Source of the DNA: a virus
Taxonomy: Duplodnaviria > Caudoviricetes
Virus record (IMG/VR): IMGVR_UViG_3300021561_000002
Span: 1-64,000 of that record
Strand: one strand, 5' to 3'
Length of the DNA: 64,000 bases
How positions within the stretch are numbered: position 1 is the stretch's first letter; each line of letters opens with the position of its first letter. Below, piece by piece: positions 43,430 to 53,895 of this stretch. Under the pieces are notes generated by a model that had not been told where the DNA came from, ran no database searches, and saw only the letters and a list, made by a program, of their open reading frames with translations. A program made the translations under genes and the position numbers.

Positions 43430-44245
43430 ATGGCTCCACAGACAGTTCAGGGAGTTACAGTAACCAATCCGATGACTGGAACGAGTTTGCTCGTCTCTTG
43501 GGCGGCATCCTTGTCTCCGGTCATCGGATATTCCGTTTACAGGGGACTCTCGCAGGCGGGGCCGTTCGAGTTGTTGCAGGCCAACATCGCAGTAACTTTT
43601 TTCATGGACCTGACGGCCGACCAGAGGCAACGGACGGACTACTGGTACGCCGTAACTGCTACCGATGGGACCGGTGAGAGCCTGATGTCGGTGGCCGCAA
43701 ACCAGATTCCTTTCGCCCGGATTTCGTCCGCAGAGGAGATGACCCGTCTCGGCGAACAGGCGGAGATGAACCATCGGCTCATCCTTGCCGAGGTCGTGAG
43801 AAGGAATGAGTACCTTCTTCGCCGTGGTGGGGAGGTCGTTGACATCTACATCCGCAAGACCGCTGGCGTCAAGTGTTCCAACTGTTTCGACCCGATTCGT
43901 AATCAACCGAAGTTTCCCGAATGTCCGGTGTGCTATGGAACAACCTATGAGGGCGGATACGATTCGTTCCCGTCGGTGCTGGCGAAAATCGAGCCGTACC
44001 GAGACTACCGTGAGCTTGCGGACGCCGGGTACAAGTGGCGTGTCATTCCTCGTAGTTGGATTACTACCTATCCGCTTATCCGTCCTGGTGACATCTTGGT
44101 CCGCCGCCTGAGCAACCGACGGTATGAGTTGCAGAACATCGACGTGAAACTGTCTCGTGGAATCATCACGAGGCAAGAGTTCGACATCATGGAGTTCCAG
44201 AGGACCGAGCGCCCCGAAATCTTTGCCCTGGGGGTCGGGACATGA
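43430..44245 (+). CDS. Neck/head-completion protein with N-terminal FN3-like and Cys4 motifs
   Basis: LLVSW...GYSVYRG...YWYAVTA (FN3-like), then KCSNC...ECPVCYGT..EGGY and GDILVR...RRY. Confidence 0.65.
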   Translation: MAPQTVQGVTVTNPMTGTSLLVSWAASLSPVIGYSVYRGLSQAGPFELLQANIAVTFFMDLTADQRQRTDYWYAVTATDGTGESLMSVAANQIPFARISSAEEMTRLGEQAEMNHRLILAEVVRRNEYLLRRGGEVVDIYIRKTAGVKCSNCFDPIRNQPKFPECPVCYGTTYEGGYDSFPSVLAKIEPYRDYRELADAGYKWRVIPRSWITTYPLIRPGDILVRRLSNRRYELQNIDVKLSRGIITRQEFDIMEFQRTERPEIFALGVGT

Positions 44246-44856
44246 CCACCGTGAATTACGGAGTCGAAATGGTCGGTACGAACCTCCCGCTGAAAATCAG
44301 CCAAGGAAAGGCGATGGAGCAGTTCATCGTAACGAAGCTCCTGCCCGAAATCGGGAATATCATCCGCAAGAAAGTCGTGGACCGAATCGAAAGGGAGAAC
44401 TTTAAACGCTCGAACGGAAGAATGAAGTCCGCCGTGAAGGTTCGTGTTCTTCCAGGGGAGATGGCGGTCGAGGTCTATAACGATAGCTCGCTGGCTCCTT
44501 ATGCGAAGTGGCAGGAGATTGGCGTGCGTCCGCACTCGATGACGTACCTCCTGAACAAGAAGAACCCGAATCGCATCCCCTACAAAATCGTCGGCGGAGA
44601 GTTCGTGTTCGCAGGTCGTGGCACGGGAGACGCCTATAACCCGAAGGCCCGTGGTATCCGGTGGGCGACCGTGACTCCCGAGGCGCTTGCGAAGGGGAAG
44701 TTCTTCAATCCTGGATACTCTGGCCGCTACCTCTACCGGAATGGCATGAGGGACGCCTTGCGGGAAATCGAAGATAAGTTCAAGTGGTTCACGTACCGCA
44801 TCGCACAGGAACAGAGCGGGGAAACGGGAGGAGTTCACCATGCCGCCGCTCAATGA
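44242..44856 (+). CDS. Putative tail completion/neck protein (HK97 gp10/Mu gpG-like position)
   Basis: Basic protein with YAKWQEIGVRPH; located between neck and terminator genes. Confidence 0.5.
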   Translation: MTTVNYGVEMVGTNLPLKISQGKAMEQFIVTKLLPEIGNIIRKKVVDRIERENFKRSNGRMKSAVKVRVLPGEMAVEVYNDSSLAPYAKWQEIGVRPHSMTYLLNKKNPNRIPYKIVGGEFVFAGRGTGDAYNPKARGIRWATVTPEALAKGKFFNPGYSGRYLYRNGMRDALREIEDKFKWFTYRIAQEQSGETGGVHHAAAQ

Positions 44857-45835
44857 GAACGGTCTCTACTTCTCGATGGTCGAGGAGGTCCAGAACTACC
44901 TCATCCAAGAACTTCGGAAGTTCTTCGGACAGCTTCCTCCCTACGTGGACAAATACCCGACCGGGCTCATCCCGACCGACCTGATTTACAGAGAGAGTTC
45001 CCCTGGCGTGCCGACCGGCAACATGAACATCGTGGACGAAGAGAACTTCGACGACCGCCGCCTCCCCTGCATCATCCTGACAGGCTTCAACGGGGACGCC
45101 GTGGAGTTGGGTCTCGGGCAGGCTGGCATGAGGCCCCCGCAGACAAGGGAGGCGAACACGGTTATGGCTTCGGCCGTGAGGGCCGCTACCGTGGTGGCCG
45201 GAAACCTGACCTCAGACTTCGATGCTGGAAAGATTATCGACGGGGTGACTCTGGCGGCCGGTAACAGGGTCCTCATCAAAAATCAGGCCCTCCCGGCGCA
45301 AAACGGGGTGTATGTGGTTCAGGCGACAGGGGCTCCCCTACGTGCGACTGATTTCGATACAGCCGTGGAGTTCTTGAAGTGGACCACGATTCCCGTGACT
45401 GAGGGAACGGAGAACGCAGGCAGGTACTTTAGTCAGGTATCCGTACCCCCGACGACCTTGGGGGTGGACCCGGTGCTTTATGATGACCGGGGGCTGGAAA
45501 CGCTTGAGTGGGATGAACGGGTAGGGGCACGGAACATCAATATAACGTACTCTATTCGGGCTCGTAGCACCTCTCAGAGGGCCAGGCTTACTGACCTTCT
45601 GATGGTGGCTGTGCAGGACAAGAGATTCGTTAGAGGCGAAATAGAGAAACAGAGCGTTTTTATCACTCCCCCCTTCGTAAGAGAAACGGGTTCGAGTGAA
45701 GAGTTTACGGTGTCTCCCGGTACTGATATGATATATCGGGTGGACTACACAAGTGTTTTCTTCGCTCAATGGAGCCATAGGCTCCTTAAAACGGAGAACG
45801 TGGCAAAGGCTATCATCCCGACAGCAACATTTTAA
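44840..45835 (+). CDS. Putative tail terminator/sheath-stabilising protein with an inserted fibre-type domain
   Basis: Immediately upstream of the sheath gene; RLPCIIL and RARLTDLL motifs flank an inserted DGVTLAAGNRVLIKNQ...NGVYVV domain. Confidence 0.55.
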   Translation: MPPLNENGLYFSMVEEVQNYLIQELRKFFGQLPPYVDKYPTGLIPTDLIYRESSPGVPTGNMNIVDEENFDDRRLPCIILTGFNGDAVELGLGQAGMRPPQTREANTVMASAVRAATVVAGNLTSDFDAGKIIDGVTLAAGNRVLIKNQALPAQNGVYVVQATGAPLRATDFDTAVEFLKWTTIPVTEGTENAGRYFSQVSVPPTTLGVDPVLYDDRGLETLEWDERVGARNINITYSIRARSTSQRARLTDLLMVAVQDKRFVRGEIEKQSVFITPPFVRETGSSEEFTVSPGTDMIYRVDYTSVFFAQWSHRLLKTENVAKAIIPTATF

Positions 45836-45847
45836 GGAGGCCGTGAG

Positions 45848-47617
45848 ATGGACATTCCGAAGACAAGGTTAGGGGTTTTCAGCGTCGAAGACCCGACTTT
45901 GGGAACGGCGGTCGTTGCCGGATACGATACGACCGTGGCAGTCATCGGCAAGACTTTCGGCGAGGTTGCGACCCTCTCCGACGAGGCCGTGGAAAGGGGT
46001 GATACCCCGGACCTGAGCGACCTTCTGCTCCACAACACCATCACCCGTATCTCTCGTGTGTCCGACATCCAGGGCGGCGTTGCCTCTTACGTTCGGGACG
46101 TGGACTACCGCCTCGTCACGGCGAACAGCATCGAGTGGCTCGGCACGACGGTTCCGGCTCCCGTGGGTCTCGTGGGCTCCGCTCAGACCGTGACTCCCGT
46201 TGCTCCGAACGTCGGTCTCGCCGCCAACACATACGACTTCGTGGTGACGGCCATCAGGAAAATCGACACCGACCCCGAGACCTACGGCGAGACCGTGGTT
46301 TCCTCACAAGTCGAGGTCGTGGTTGGCGGCGGCGCTCCGGCGACGAATGCCGTGAGGTTGACGTGGACCCCTTCCGATGGTGGCGAGGGCTACCGCATCT
46401 ACCGTAAGTTGAGCACCGACCCCAACTACACCGACAAGCTCATCGCCGAGGTTCCGGGCGGGGCGAGCAACTACTTCGTGGACGACGGTTACGCCACGGC
46501 CACCGGAACGCCTCCGGGCGTGAACAACGCCTACAAGCGTCCGGCGGACGGGGCCACGTACTACGTGACCTACGTCGCCACGCTGTTCGATTACTTCACT
46601 CCTCGCACGTTCTTCAGCCTGACCGAACTCATCAAGAAGCACTCCCTCGGGAGTGACCTCGCCATTGCGGGGTCAATGATTATCGGCGGTCCGGGCGTGG
46701 GGCAGGGTGCGAGTAAGGTTATGACCATCGCCATCCCCGATACGACCGAGGCGAGTTTCTTGACGGCCCTGGAAGCCTTGGAGACCGAGGACGTGGACAT
46801 CATCGTTCCCTTCTCGTTCGACCCGGCGGTTCAGTTGGCCGTTGCGGAACACGTGGTCGCCATGTCGAACCCCATCACGGGCCGTCGGCGTCAGGCGTTC
46901 ATGGGTTGTGCGAGGGGCACGCTCATCGGCGACCCCGATACCGTGGGAACGTCCGTTTGGGCGGCTCGTCGCTTGGAACTCCAAGACGACGATACCGTTC
47001 CGCAGGGCAAGCTCATCGTCTTCGTGGCGGAGAACGGGTGCAACTACGACGTTCAGTTGCCCAACAACGTCCTCCTTCCGACGGACCTGGACGGCTGGTT
47101 CCTTGCGGCGGCGGTGGCCGGTCGGGTGGCGTCCTTGCCGGACCCCGCTACCCCGGTGACGTACAAGCAGTTGCGAGGCATCAACTCCCTGGCTCAGAAC
47201 TTCAGTCCCAACGAGCGGGACTACCTCGACTCCAACGGCTTGCTGACCTGCTTCGACGATAGCGGGGTCATCAAGGTGTATCACGGTCGGACCATCGACT
47301 TGCTGACCGTTGAGCACGGCGAGGTCAGCATGGTCCGCACGATGCACACGCTTCAGCGTCGGATGGCCGTTCGGTTCGCTTCCTTCATCGGGGCGAAAAT
47401 CACGGAGATGTTCCTCAAGTCAATCGAGACGGGCACAGACCAGGAACTCGGCATCGCCCTGAAAGATGAACTCCTGTCGGACTACGACAAGAGTTCCATC
47501 GAGGCGACCCAGGATAGCGGTCCTGGCGCTGACCCTCGCCTCATCAACGTGACCTTCAGGGCCACGGGGATGTACCCCGCCAACCAAATCGTCTTCAAGT
47601 TCGGCTTCAACCTGTAA
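45848..47617 (+). CDS. Contractile tail sheath protein
   Basis: 589 aa; C-terminal FLAAAVAGRVA...PVTYKQLRG...ERDYLDSNG...E.S.VR sheath pattern; precedes the tube gene; FN3-like insert. Confidence 0.85.
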   Translation: MDIPKTRLGVFSVEDPTLGTAVVAGYDTTVAVIGKTFGEVATLSDEAVERGDTPDLSDLLLHNTITRISRVSDIQGGVASYVRDVDYRLVTANSIEWLGTTVPAPVGLVGSAQTVTPVAPNVGLAANTYDFVVTAIRKIDTDPETYGETVVSSQVEVVVGGGAPATNAVRLTWTPSDGGEGYRIYRKLSTDPNYTDKLIAEVPGGASNYFVDDGYATATGTPPGVNNAYKRPADGATYYVTYVATLFDYFTPRTFFSLTELIKKHSLGSDLAIAGSMIIGGPGVGQGASKVMTIAIPDTTEASFLTALEALETEDVDIIVPFSFDPAVQLAVAEHVVAMSNPITGRRRQAFMGCARGTLIGDPDTVGTSVWAARRLELQDDDTVPQGKLIVFVAENGCNYDVQLPNNVLLPTDLDGWFLAAAVAGRVASLPDPATPVTYKQLRGINSLAQNFSPNERDYLDSNGLLTCFDDSGVIKVYHGRTIDLLTVEHGEVSMVRTMHTLQRRMAVRFASFIGAKITEMFLKSIETGTDQELGIALKDELLSDYDKSSIEATQDSGPGADPRLINVTFRATGMYPANQIVFKFGFNL

Positions 47618-47635
47618 AACAAGGAGGATTGAGTC

Positions 47636-48142
47636 ATGGGATTGGTCAAGCACGGGTACGGAGTCGGTCTCGCTCCGCAGAATCAGGTGGTCATCAGCAC
47701 CGCCATCACGGTGTTCGATGAGCAGGGAAACGAAATCGGCTTCATCCAGTCGTTGAACCGGAACGATACCCGGGGCACGACGCCGATTCGCCACCTGAAC
47801 AAGGCCGACGCTGGCCGCATCGTCGAGCAAGTGCCCGGCGTTGAGAACTACGGTCTCTCGGCTTCGTCCTTCGGTCTCTGGAACGCCTCGAACTCCGACA
47901 AGAGGAGCCTGATGAACCGCCTGGCTGGCCTGGGCGGCCCCGGCGGCGGAGGCGCTTTCCAAGTGCTGAACCAACAGCAAATCCCGTTCGTTATCCGTCA
48001 GGTCGAAGAGCACCCTTCGACCGGCGCTCAGAACGTGACGCTGTTCTTGGGGTGCATGTTGACTTCGTTCAGCCGCCCGGTGGCCGTCGGCACGGCGACC
48101 ATCTCGGAGACCTGCGCCATCACTCCCTCCTGGGTCGAATAA
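47636..48142 (+). CDS. Tail tube protein (T4 gp19-like)
   Basis: 168 aa directly after the sheath; IGFIQSLN..DTRGTT.IR.L...EQVPG...PF.I...GC.LTS.S. Confidence 0.8.
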   Translation: MGLVKHGYGVGLAPQNQVVISTAITVFDEQGNEIGFIQSLNRNDTRGTTPIRHLNKADAGRIVEQVPGVENYGLSASSFGLWNASNSDKRSLMNRLAGLGGPGGGGAFQVLNQQQIPFVIRQVEEHPSTGAQNVTLFLGCMLTSFSRPVAVGTATISETCAITPSWVE

Positions 48143-48202
48143 GACCAGGAGGGTAGTGAAGCATTTCAATGCCCGGCCAAGGTCGGGCAATGGGGGTAAG
48201 CA

Positions 48203-48664
48203 ATGAGTGATGGTATTCCTTCGTTCATCGAGAAGAAGAAGTTTCTCATGGACCTGTTGATGATGGGCGTGATTGAGGATGAGTTCGACATCATCGGGAA
48301 CAAGGTGAAGTTTCGGTCCTTGAACTCCGATGAAAACCTTGAATCCATGAAGGAAGCGACGGGCTACGACGGGGCGACGAAGGTGTTCATGCTTCAGATG
48401 TCCCTCATGTCCAAGGCTCTCGTTTCTATCAACGGGGACTTCATTCCGACTGTCGAAGAGGCCAGGACTCTGTTCGGCAAATTGCCGCCTGTCGTGGTCG
48501 AGGAGTTTTGGAGGAGGTACGACGAACTTCGGGCTCGACGAGACCTTCTGGTGGAACGGGGAATCATCGACTTAAAAAAATCATTGCGGAACCCGAGTCC
48601 CGACAATTCTGGCGATACTGTAAAATCTGCCAGCCCCTCTGGTTCCGCTCCCTCTATCCTGTAA
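48203..48664 (+). CDS. Tail assembly chaperone (gpG-like)
   Basis: Lies between tube and tape measure genes; contains an A7 slippery run. Confidence 0.7.
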   Translation: MSDGIPSFIEKKKFLMDLLMMGVIEDEFDIIGNKVKFRSLNSDENLESMKEATGYDGATKVFMLQMSLMSKALVSINGDFIPTVEEARTLFGKLPPVVVEEFWRRYDELRARRDLLVERGIIDLKKSLRNPSPDNSGDTVKSASPSGSAPSIL

Positions 48665-49020
48665 GGTCGAACGTCGATGCGTTCAGGGCGGCTTGGATTT
48701 CAGCCAACCAGAACCAAGACGAGTACGAGATGTTGTCGTGGGTGGACATGTATGCGGATTACATTGCGGCGTTCGTGAACCCCGAGGCGTTCAAGAAGTT
48801 CAATGATATGCAGTCGGTGACGGCCGGAGCCTCGATGGACATGACGTTCGTGAACCCGGACGCATTGAAGAAGATGAAGGACGCCGAAGCCGGAGTGAAG
48901 TTCGAGCCCGCCTTTGATGGTGACATCGCCGAGCGGGTCCGCCGAGTGAGAAACCGCCTGGGCCGCAAGGTCTCCGAGCGGCAAGAGGACATTGGGATAG
49001 AGGGTAAGCCGAATGGCTGA
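48203..49020 (+). CDS. Frameshifted tail assembly chaperone (gpGT-like, about 272 aa) via a -1 shift at 48574-48580
   Basis: TTA AAA AAA gives an A AAA AAA heptamer; the -1 frame continues LKKIIAEPESRQFWRYCK to the stop at 49020, overlapping the TMP start. Confidence 0.7.
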
Positions 49021-51103
49021 TGGCGGCGAGAGCTTCATTGAGACCGTATCGGTAAAGTTCAAGGTCATGGAGGAATCCCTTCAGGGCCTCAAGGAGGCTT
49101 TGCGTAAGGCCAACCAGACCGTCCTCGAAGCCCAGGGAGAAGTCGGGAAGAGTTTGGAGGAAAAAGAGAGGTCAACCCAAGAAGAACTCACGAGAATCCG
49201 TGAGTCTCACTTGGATAAGACCACTCAGATGCGACTCCGTGAGCAACGCTCCATCTACGAACTTCATGAGAAACAGAAGGCGTGGCTGATGGAGCGTAAT
49301 GACCTCGACCTCAAAGTAAAAAATGACATGATGGCCGCCGAGCAGAATGCTATGGACCATGCCAAGAAGAACATCGAAGAAATGAAGAAGGGGTACGGTG
49401 ATTTATCGAATAGCATCAACGAGGTCAGCAAAGCCATCGGCATCAACGTCGGCGAGCTCGCCAAGGCGGGGACAATGGTTACTGCTATTTTCTCTGCATG
49501 GGGAGAGGGAACGAAGATAGAAAGAGACGAGCTTGTTTTTCAAACAATGAGAGGAACGGCTCTGAGCGCAGGTGAGAAAGGTCTTTACGAGGAGTGGTAT
49601 AACAGCGCAACCAAAAAAGGGATTGGGATGGAAGGTGTTGGTGGAAATGTGTCTCCCGCGGTAGCAACTCGTGTCGGGGCAAGTCTGATGAGTTCGAGCG
49701 CCGGTCTCGTCAATCCGGCCGACGTGTTTAAGAAGGGCGGACTCGCAGACATCGCTCTCTACACCGCTCCTGGCGCTGGTATTTCGACGGATAAGGCTCT
49801 CGAACATTTTAAGGACATGATTTCATCACTTCGTATGTCAACGGGCGAGGTGTCAACAGAGTTCATGAAGCTGGTTCATACATCAAGGCAACTCAATGAC
49901 ATGAATGGGAAATCCATCGAGGCTACTATCGGTCTCGCAAAGAATTTCTCGGCCTATAACCTCGACATCGACACGGCCAGCCGGGCCGTTCGTAGCTTCT
50001 GGCGTGAAATCAAAGACGGAAAGATGTCCGTGGAAGAACTCGTGAAGGTGTTCCAGGTCGGCGGGAAAATGAGCGAGGGACAGGCGGCGTATGCTGGCAT
50101 GGAAATCCTCGGGAAGGACCCGGCGTTCGCAAGTCTATTGGGAGACGAGAGCGGTTTCGGAATGGCAAGACAAGTGAAACGTATTATGTTCGCAAACCCC
50201 CTCCTTGGGGAAAATCTACCAATGGGCACGTCCGAAGAAAGAAAAAAGACGAAAGAGATGCTCAACGAGCGCCGGAATCATGCTATCCGGCTTTATGCCG
50301 AGAAGGCGGCGTCGTTGGCGCAGGAGGGCGGAGGGACCCCTTCGGAAATCTCTGCGAAGACCTCGAAGTTTCTGCAAGCAATCGTTCCGATAAATTGGAG
50401 CAATCTTTCTCCTGATATGGAGGACACGCTAATAAAGGACATGCGCTCAGGCACGTTGTCCAAAAGAGGGGAGGAAGCGTATAAACTTGGCTCGATGGAC
50501 CCGACAGTAGCCGAACTCACGAAACTCGGAATGGACATCCGCCGTCTCGATACATCTCCTCTTCAGGACATCCTGAACACGGTCAAGGAACTGTTGACGG
50601 TAGTTGGCTCTGGATTCATGGTTGTGGCGTCATACCTTGTTGGGGACACGAAGGGGGCGTCGAGATATGCCGCTATGGTCCGCAGTCATCTTCCTGGGTA
50701 TGAAAAGTTAAATAATGGAGATGATTCTGGACTCAGCCTGTCCCCCGACGCTCTCATGGCTCGTGGTAGGCAAGAGGCCACGCAGTATCTTCAGACCGCA
50801 AAATTCGATAGCCCCGAACAATTTAGCAGAGCTGTCATGGGAGCGATTGGCGGAAAATCTTCTAGCGTCCAAAAAGGATGGGCCGACATCCTCGGGTCCG
50901 GTGCCTTGAAGACAACTCTCGATGGAAAGCTCGTTTTCGATTTTGGGCATTTTGGGGAGTATGATGTTGTCGTGGAGAAAAATAGACTCGTCAGGGCGGA
51001 CAGGATGCCGAAGTCGGGGCTGGTTCCATCGAGCGGTTCTTCTACGGCATACCCGGCACCGACCAATACGCCGACGCCGAGCCCTACGTTAGCGGTACAA
51101 TAG
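49013..51103 (+). CDS. Tape measure protein
   Basis: 696-aa helical, Ala/Gly/Lys-rich protein directly after the chaperone pair. Confidence 0.75.
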   Translation: MADGGESFIETVSVKFKVMEESLQGLKEALRKANQTVLEAQGEVGKSLEEKERSTQEELTRIRESHLDKTTQMRLREQRSIYELHEKQKAWLMERNDLDLKVKNDMMAAEQNAMDHAKKNIEEMKKGYGDLSNSINEVSKAIGINVGELAKAGTMVTAIFSAWGEGTKIERDELVFQTMRGTALSAGEKGLYEEWYNSATKKGIGMEGVGGNVSPAVATRVGASLMSSSAGLVNPADVFKKGGLADIALYTAPGAGISTDKALEHFKDMISSLRMSTGEVSTEFMKLVHTSRQLNDMNGKSIEATIGLAKNFSAYNLDIDTASRAVRSFWREIKDGKMSVEELVKVFQVGGKMSEGQAAYAGMEILGKDPAFASLLGDESGFGMARQVKRIMFANPLLGENLPMGTSEERKKTKEMLNERRNHAIRLYAEKAASLAQEGGGTPSEISAKTSKFLQAIVPINWSNLSPDMEDTLIKDMRSGTLSKRGEEAYKLGSMDPTVAELTKLGMDIRRLDTSPLQDILNTVKELLTVVGSGFMVVASYLVGDTKGASRYAAMVRSHLPGYEKLNNGDDSGLSLSPDALMARGRQEATQYLQTAKFDSPEQFSRAVMGAIGGKSSSVQKGWADILGSGALKTTLDGKLVFDFGHFGEYDVVVEKNRLVRADRMPKSGLVPSSGSSTAYPAPTNTPTPSPTLAVQ

Positions 51104-51115
51104 GAGTTAATTAAA

Positions 51116-51793
51116 ATGCTAGACACATCTCTGTCTCCAAAACCGAACTGGCTTCAGTCGAGCCAGGCGTACCCCGGCTCGGGGAACACGGTCAACGACG
51201 TTCTGCGTCAGTTGAACCAGATGATTATCTATGACCCTTCCGTGATGAGCCTGACGAGTGGAGCCACAGCCATCGGCGACATCCTCGAAGCGGCAAAGAG
51301 GGCCGTGACCTCGAAGCGACCGTATTTTTTCCGGTTCTTCATCAATCCGTCCACGGTGGCCTTCTCCTTGAGAAAGACATCGAAACCAATCCTTGAGAAG
51401 AAGGGATGGGACATCGTTCACTTCGATGGGACTCCGAATGAGATGATTCCTCTCAAGTTCGGCGGGAATACTGGCTCTATTGTTCCTCCGATAGCTTTGT
51501 GGAACAAGGGCATCCGTGAAACGAAGTTCTCCGTGAACTACCAACGGTTCCAGCAGTTGTTTGAACTGGCCCGCACCGCCAGCAATGACCTGAAACTTTT
51601 CTATGACGGGAAGCTCTACGAGGGTGCGTTCTCAGATTTCAGCTTCGACGAGAACGCCAACGAGCCGTTCTCCATCCGATACTCCTTCACGTTCATGACC
51701 TACCCCGACCGCACGAAGAACATCACGTCCTTCTCTCAGGTAACATCCCTTCCGATTGCCAGCGCCATCCTTCAGGCGGGGGTTCCGATTTGA
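51116..51793 (+). CDS. Tail tube initiator/baseplate-proximal protein
   Basis: FFINPSTV...LFYDGKLYEGAFSDFSFDENANEPFSIRYSFTF pattern; follows the TMP gene. Confidence 0.6.
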   Translation: MLDTSLSPKPNWLQSSQAYPGSGNTVNDVLRQLNQMIIYDPSVMSLTSGATAIGDILEAAKRAVTSKRPYFFRFFINPSTVAFSLRKTSKPILEKKGWDIVHFDGTPNEMIPLKFGGNTGSIVPPIALWNKGIRETKFSVNYQRFQQLFELARTASNDLKLFYDGKLYEGAFSDFSFDENANEPFSIRYSFTFMTYPDRTKNITSFSQVTSLPIASAILQAGVPI

Positions 51794-53895
51794 TTGAAAC
51801 GTCTGCAAGGATTTATATTCAGGTGAGAGAAACGGGCGAAATCATCCAGTTGGATGACTTCGTTTCAATAAACACGACTCAATCTATCAAGGGGGATTCG
51901 ACGGCGAGTATTGTAATCGTGAATAAGGCCGATAAGTGGTACAACTTCCGTTCTACCAAGGACCGGAAACAAACAGACGTGGCCCAACTGCTTGCGAACA
52001 CCTACACTCGTCCGCTGTTCAAAGACATCAATCGAGCCATCGCCGAGAAGTCCAAGCAGGTCTATAAGGATGCGGTGAGGGCGGAGGAAACAGGGAACGT
52101 CAAGTACGTGACCAACAGCGATGCCCTCCGTGAAATGGCCTCTCTTGAAGAGTACCTGATATTCGACCTCATGTACCGTGTTTGGGTTGACTTCCGTGGC
52201 AGGGATAACCTGTACGAGATGGCGGCTCCCCCGGCGGCAAAAACGAGTAGGCCACGGTGGTACGCCGGGTTCACGGGCATCATCACAACGATGAATGAAT
52301 CCTATACGGCCGGGAGGGAGTCTTCCCTTATCGTCTCGGCGCAGAACATGTTGCAGTTATTCAGGACCACCAAGGCCGTTACGGACAGGGGATTCAAGCC
52401 TTTGATGGAAGGCGTGACGGACGTGAAAGCGTCCTATCAGGCTTACACGAATAGTTTCTCGCAGTTCGTTGACGGTGGAGCCATCATCGGGTTCCTCGCT
52501 ACCTTGGTGATGAGGACTTTCCAATCCGATGAAGGGACGATTTACGGCGGCCCGAAACTCTGGACGTTGCCGGAAGTGGAGATGGTCGCAAAACGTGGCA
52601 AGGGTTTCATACCGAGCGAAAAGATTGGTCTTGCAAAGGAGTGGATTAACGACATCCTCAAGAGGGAATACCGAGGAGTCAGTCATCGTCGGCCGGAGAC
52701 CGGTCTCGCTGGAATGTCTTCGAGCGAAAGTTTCCTCTCCAACTTGACCATGAAGGACTTCTACGAGAACGGTTCTCTCCGAGTTAAAAAGTCGGACATC
52801 ATCAGGTTCCTCACGGGTCCGGCCGTCTCTGCGGCCGTGGAACATAACGATGACAATGTGATGCAGTACCTACAATCGAGCTTCCTCATCGACGCCATGC
52901 TTCGTGCCCAAAACACGACGGGGGATATTGATAGCAACCCTTACCAGCAGATGATTAAGAACGGCTTCGAGTTCGAGAGCCAGCGACTCAGCGCCGACAA
53001 CATCATGCGCGCCGTTGCGAACTTAATGAACTATGACGTTTACTTCGACGCAAAAGGAAACCTCATCTACCAGAAAGCCAGGTACGATGATTTTCCGGGT
53101 CAGGAGGCAGATGTTGACTATGACGAGATGAACGAAGAAAGTCGTGGGTATGCCTTCATCGACGGCGACGGGAATCCGAACTCTCGATTGTTTTACAAAT
53201 TGGGCAAAGGGCGATTCGACAGGAGTAGCGGCCTGTATTTCCACGGAAGAAATTACATCATTGGCGACGAAAGCCTGATGAGTTGGAACATCTCTCACAA
53301 TGAGCATAACGTTCTGACCCATGTTGTCGTTCCGCAAGCCCTGAACTTCCTCACAATCAGCCAGGCTCTTCAGGCGATGGGTCCGGCCGGAACGGTGTCG
53401 CATCCAGACCTAGAAAGAAAATTCGGAACAAGGATGGCGACGGGTTCTGCGCTCCTAACAAATACTCTGAATACACAGTTGGCGGAACTTCTCGCCGAGG
53501 GAATCTTGCGCCGGTCGAATGCGACGCTTGAGTCCGCAACCGTCACTTTAAATACGAGGCCGGACCTTCAGTTGGGCCGGACCATGTATCTTGCCGAGCG
53601 GCGTCGTCTCTACTACATCACCAGCATCACGAACAGGTTGGTGTGGGGGCACGAGTTCAGGACGACCGTGGAGGGAGCTTATGGGCATCATCCAACATCT
53701 CCCATTGGAGACCCGTGGTCCCTTGTGATGAACGGAGACAAGTTTATGCCTTCCTTCGGACCGACATCGGGAGGCGCTTCTCTTCAGGACCAACAGACCG
53801 CTACGGCCGTAAACGGTCCTACGTCGGGCGGGGCCTCTTTCAATGATGCCAAGACGGCTTTGAACAACCAAGTCATACCCATCGAGAACAGCTAA
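51790..53895 (+). CDS. Baseplate hub protein (T4 gp27/P2 gpD-like)
   Basis: 701 aa; C-terminal ATVTLNTRPDLQLGR...YYITSI..RL.WG..F.TT motif; TTG start overlaps the upstream stop. Confidence 0.7.
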   Translation: MIETSARIYIQVRETGEIIQLDDFVSINTTQSIKGDSTASIVIVNKADKWYNFRSTKDRKQTDVAQLLANTYTRPLFKDINRAIAEKSKQVYKDAVRAEETGNVKYVTNSDALREMASLEEYLIFDLMYRVWVDFRGRDNLYEMAAPPAAKTSRPRWYAGFTGIITTMNESYTAGRESSLIVSAQNMLQLFRTTKAVTDRGFKPLMEGVTDVKASYQAYTNSFSQFVDGGAIIGFLATLVMRTFQSDEGTIYGGPKLWTLPEVEMVAKRGKGFIPSEKIGLAKEWINDILKREYRGVSHRRPETGLAGMSSSESFLSNLTMKDFYENGSLRVKKSDIIRFLTGPAVSAAVEHNDDNVMQYLQSSFLIDAMLRAQNTTGDIDSNPYQQMIKNGFEFESQRLSADNIMRAVANLMNYDVYFDAKGNLIYQKARYDDFPGQEADVDYDEMNEESRGYAFIDGDGNPNSRLFYKLGKGRFDRSSGLYFHGRNYIIGDESLMSWNISHNEHNVLTHVVVPQALNFLTISQALQAMGPAGTVSHPDLERKFGTRMATGSALLTNTLNTQLAELLAEGILRRSNATLESATVTLNTRPDLQLGRTMYLAERRRLYYITSITNRLVWGHEFRTTVEGAYGHHPTSPIGDPWSLVMNGDKFMPSFGPTSGGASLQDQQTATAVNGPTSGGASFNDAKTALNNQVIPIENS

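Noticed and set aside
53755-53850. Short repeat GPTSGGAS x2 at the end of the baseplate hub gene
   Set aside because: An eight-residue low-complexity repeat in a probably disordered tail, with diverged DNA; no evidence of function.
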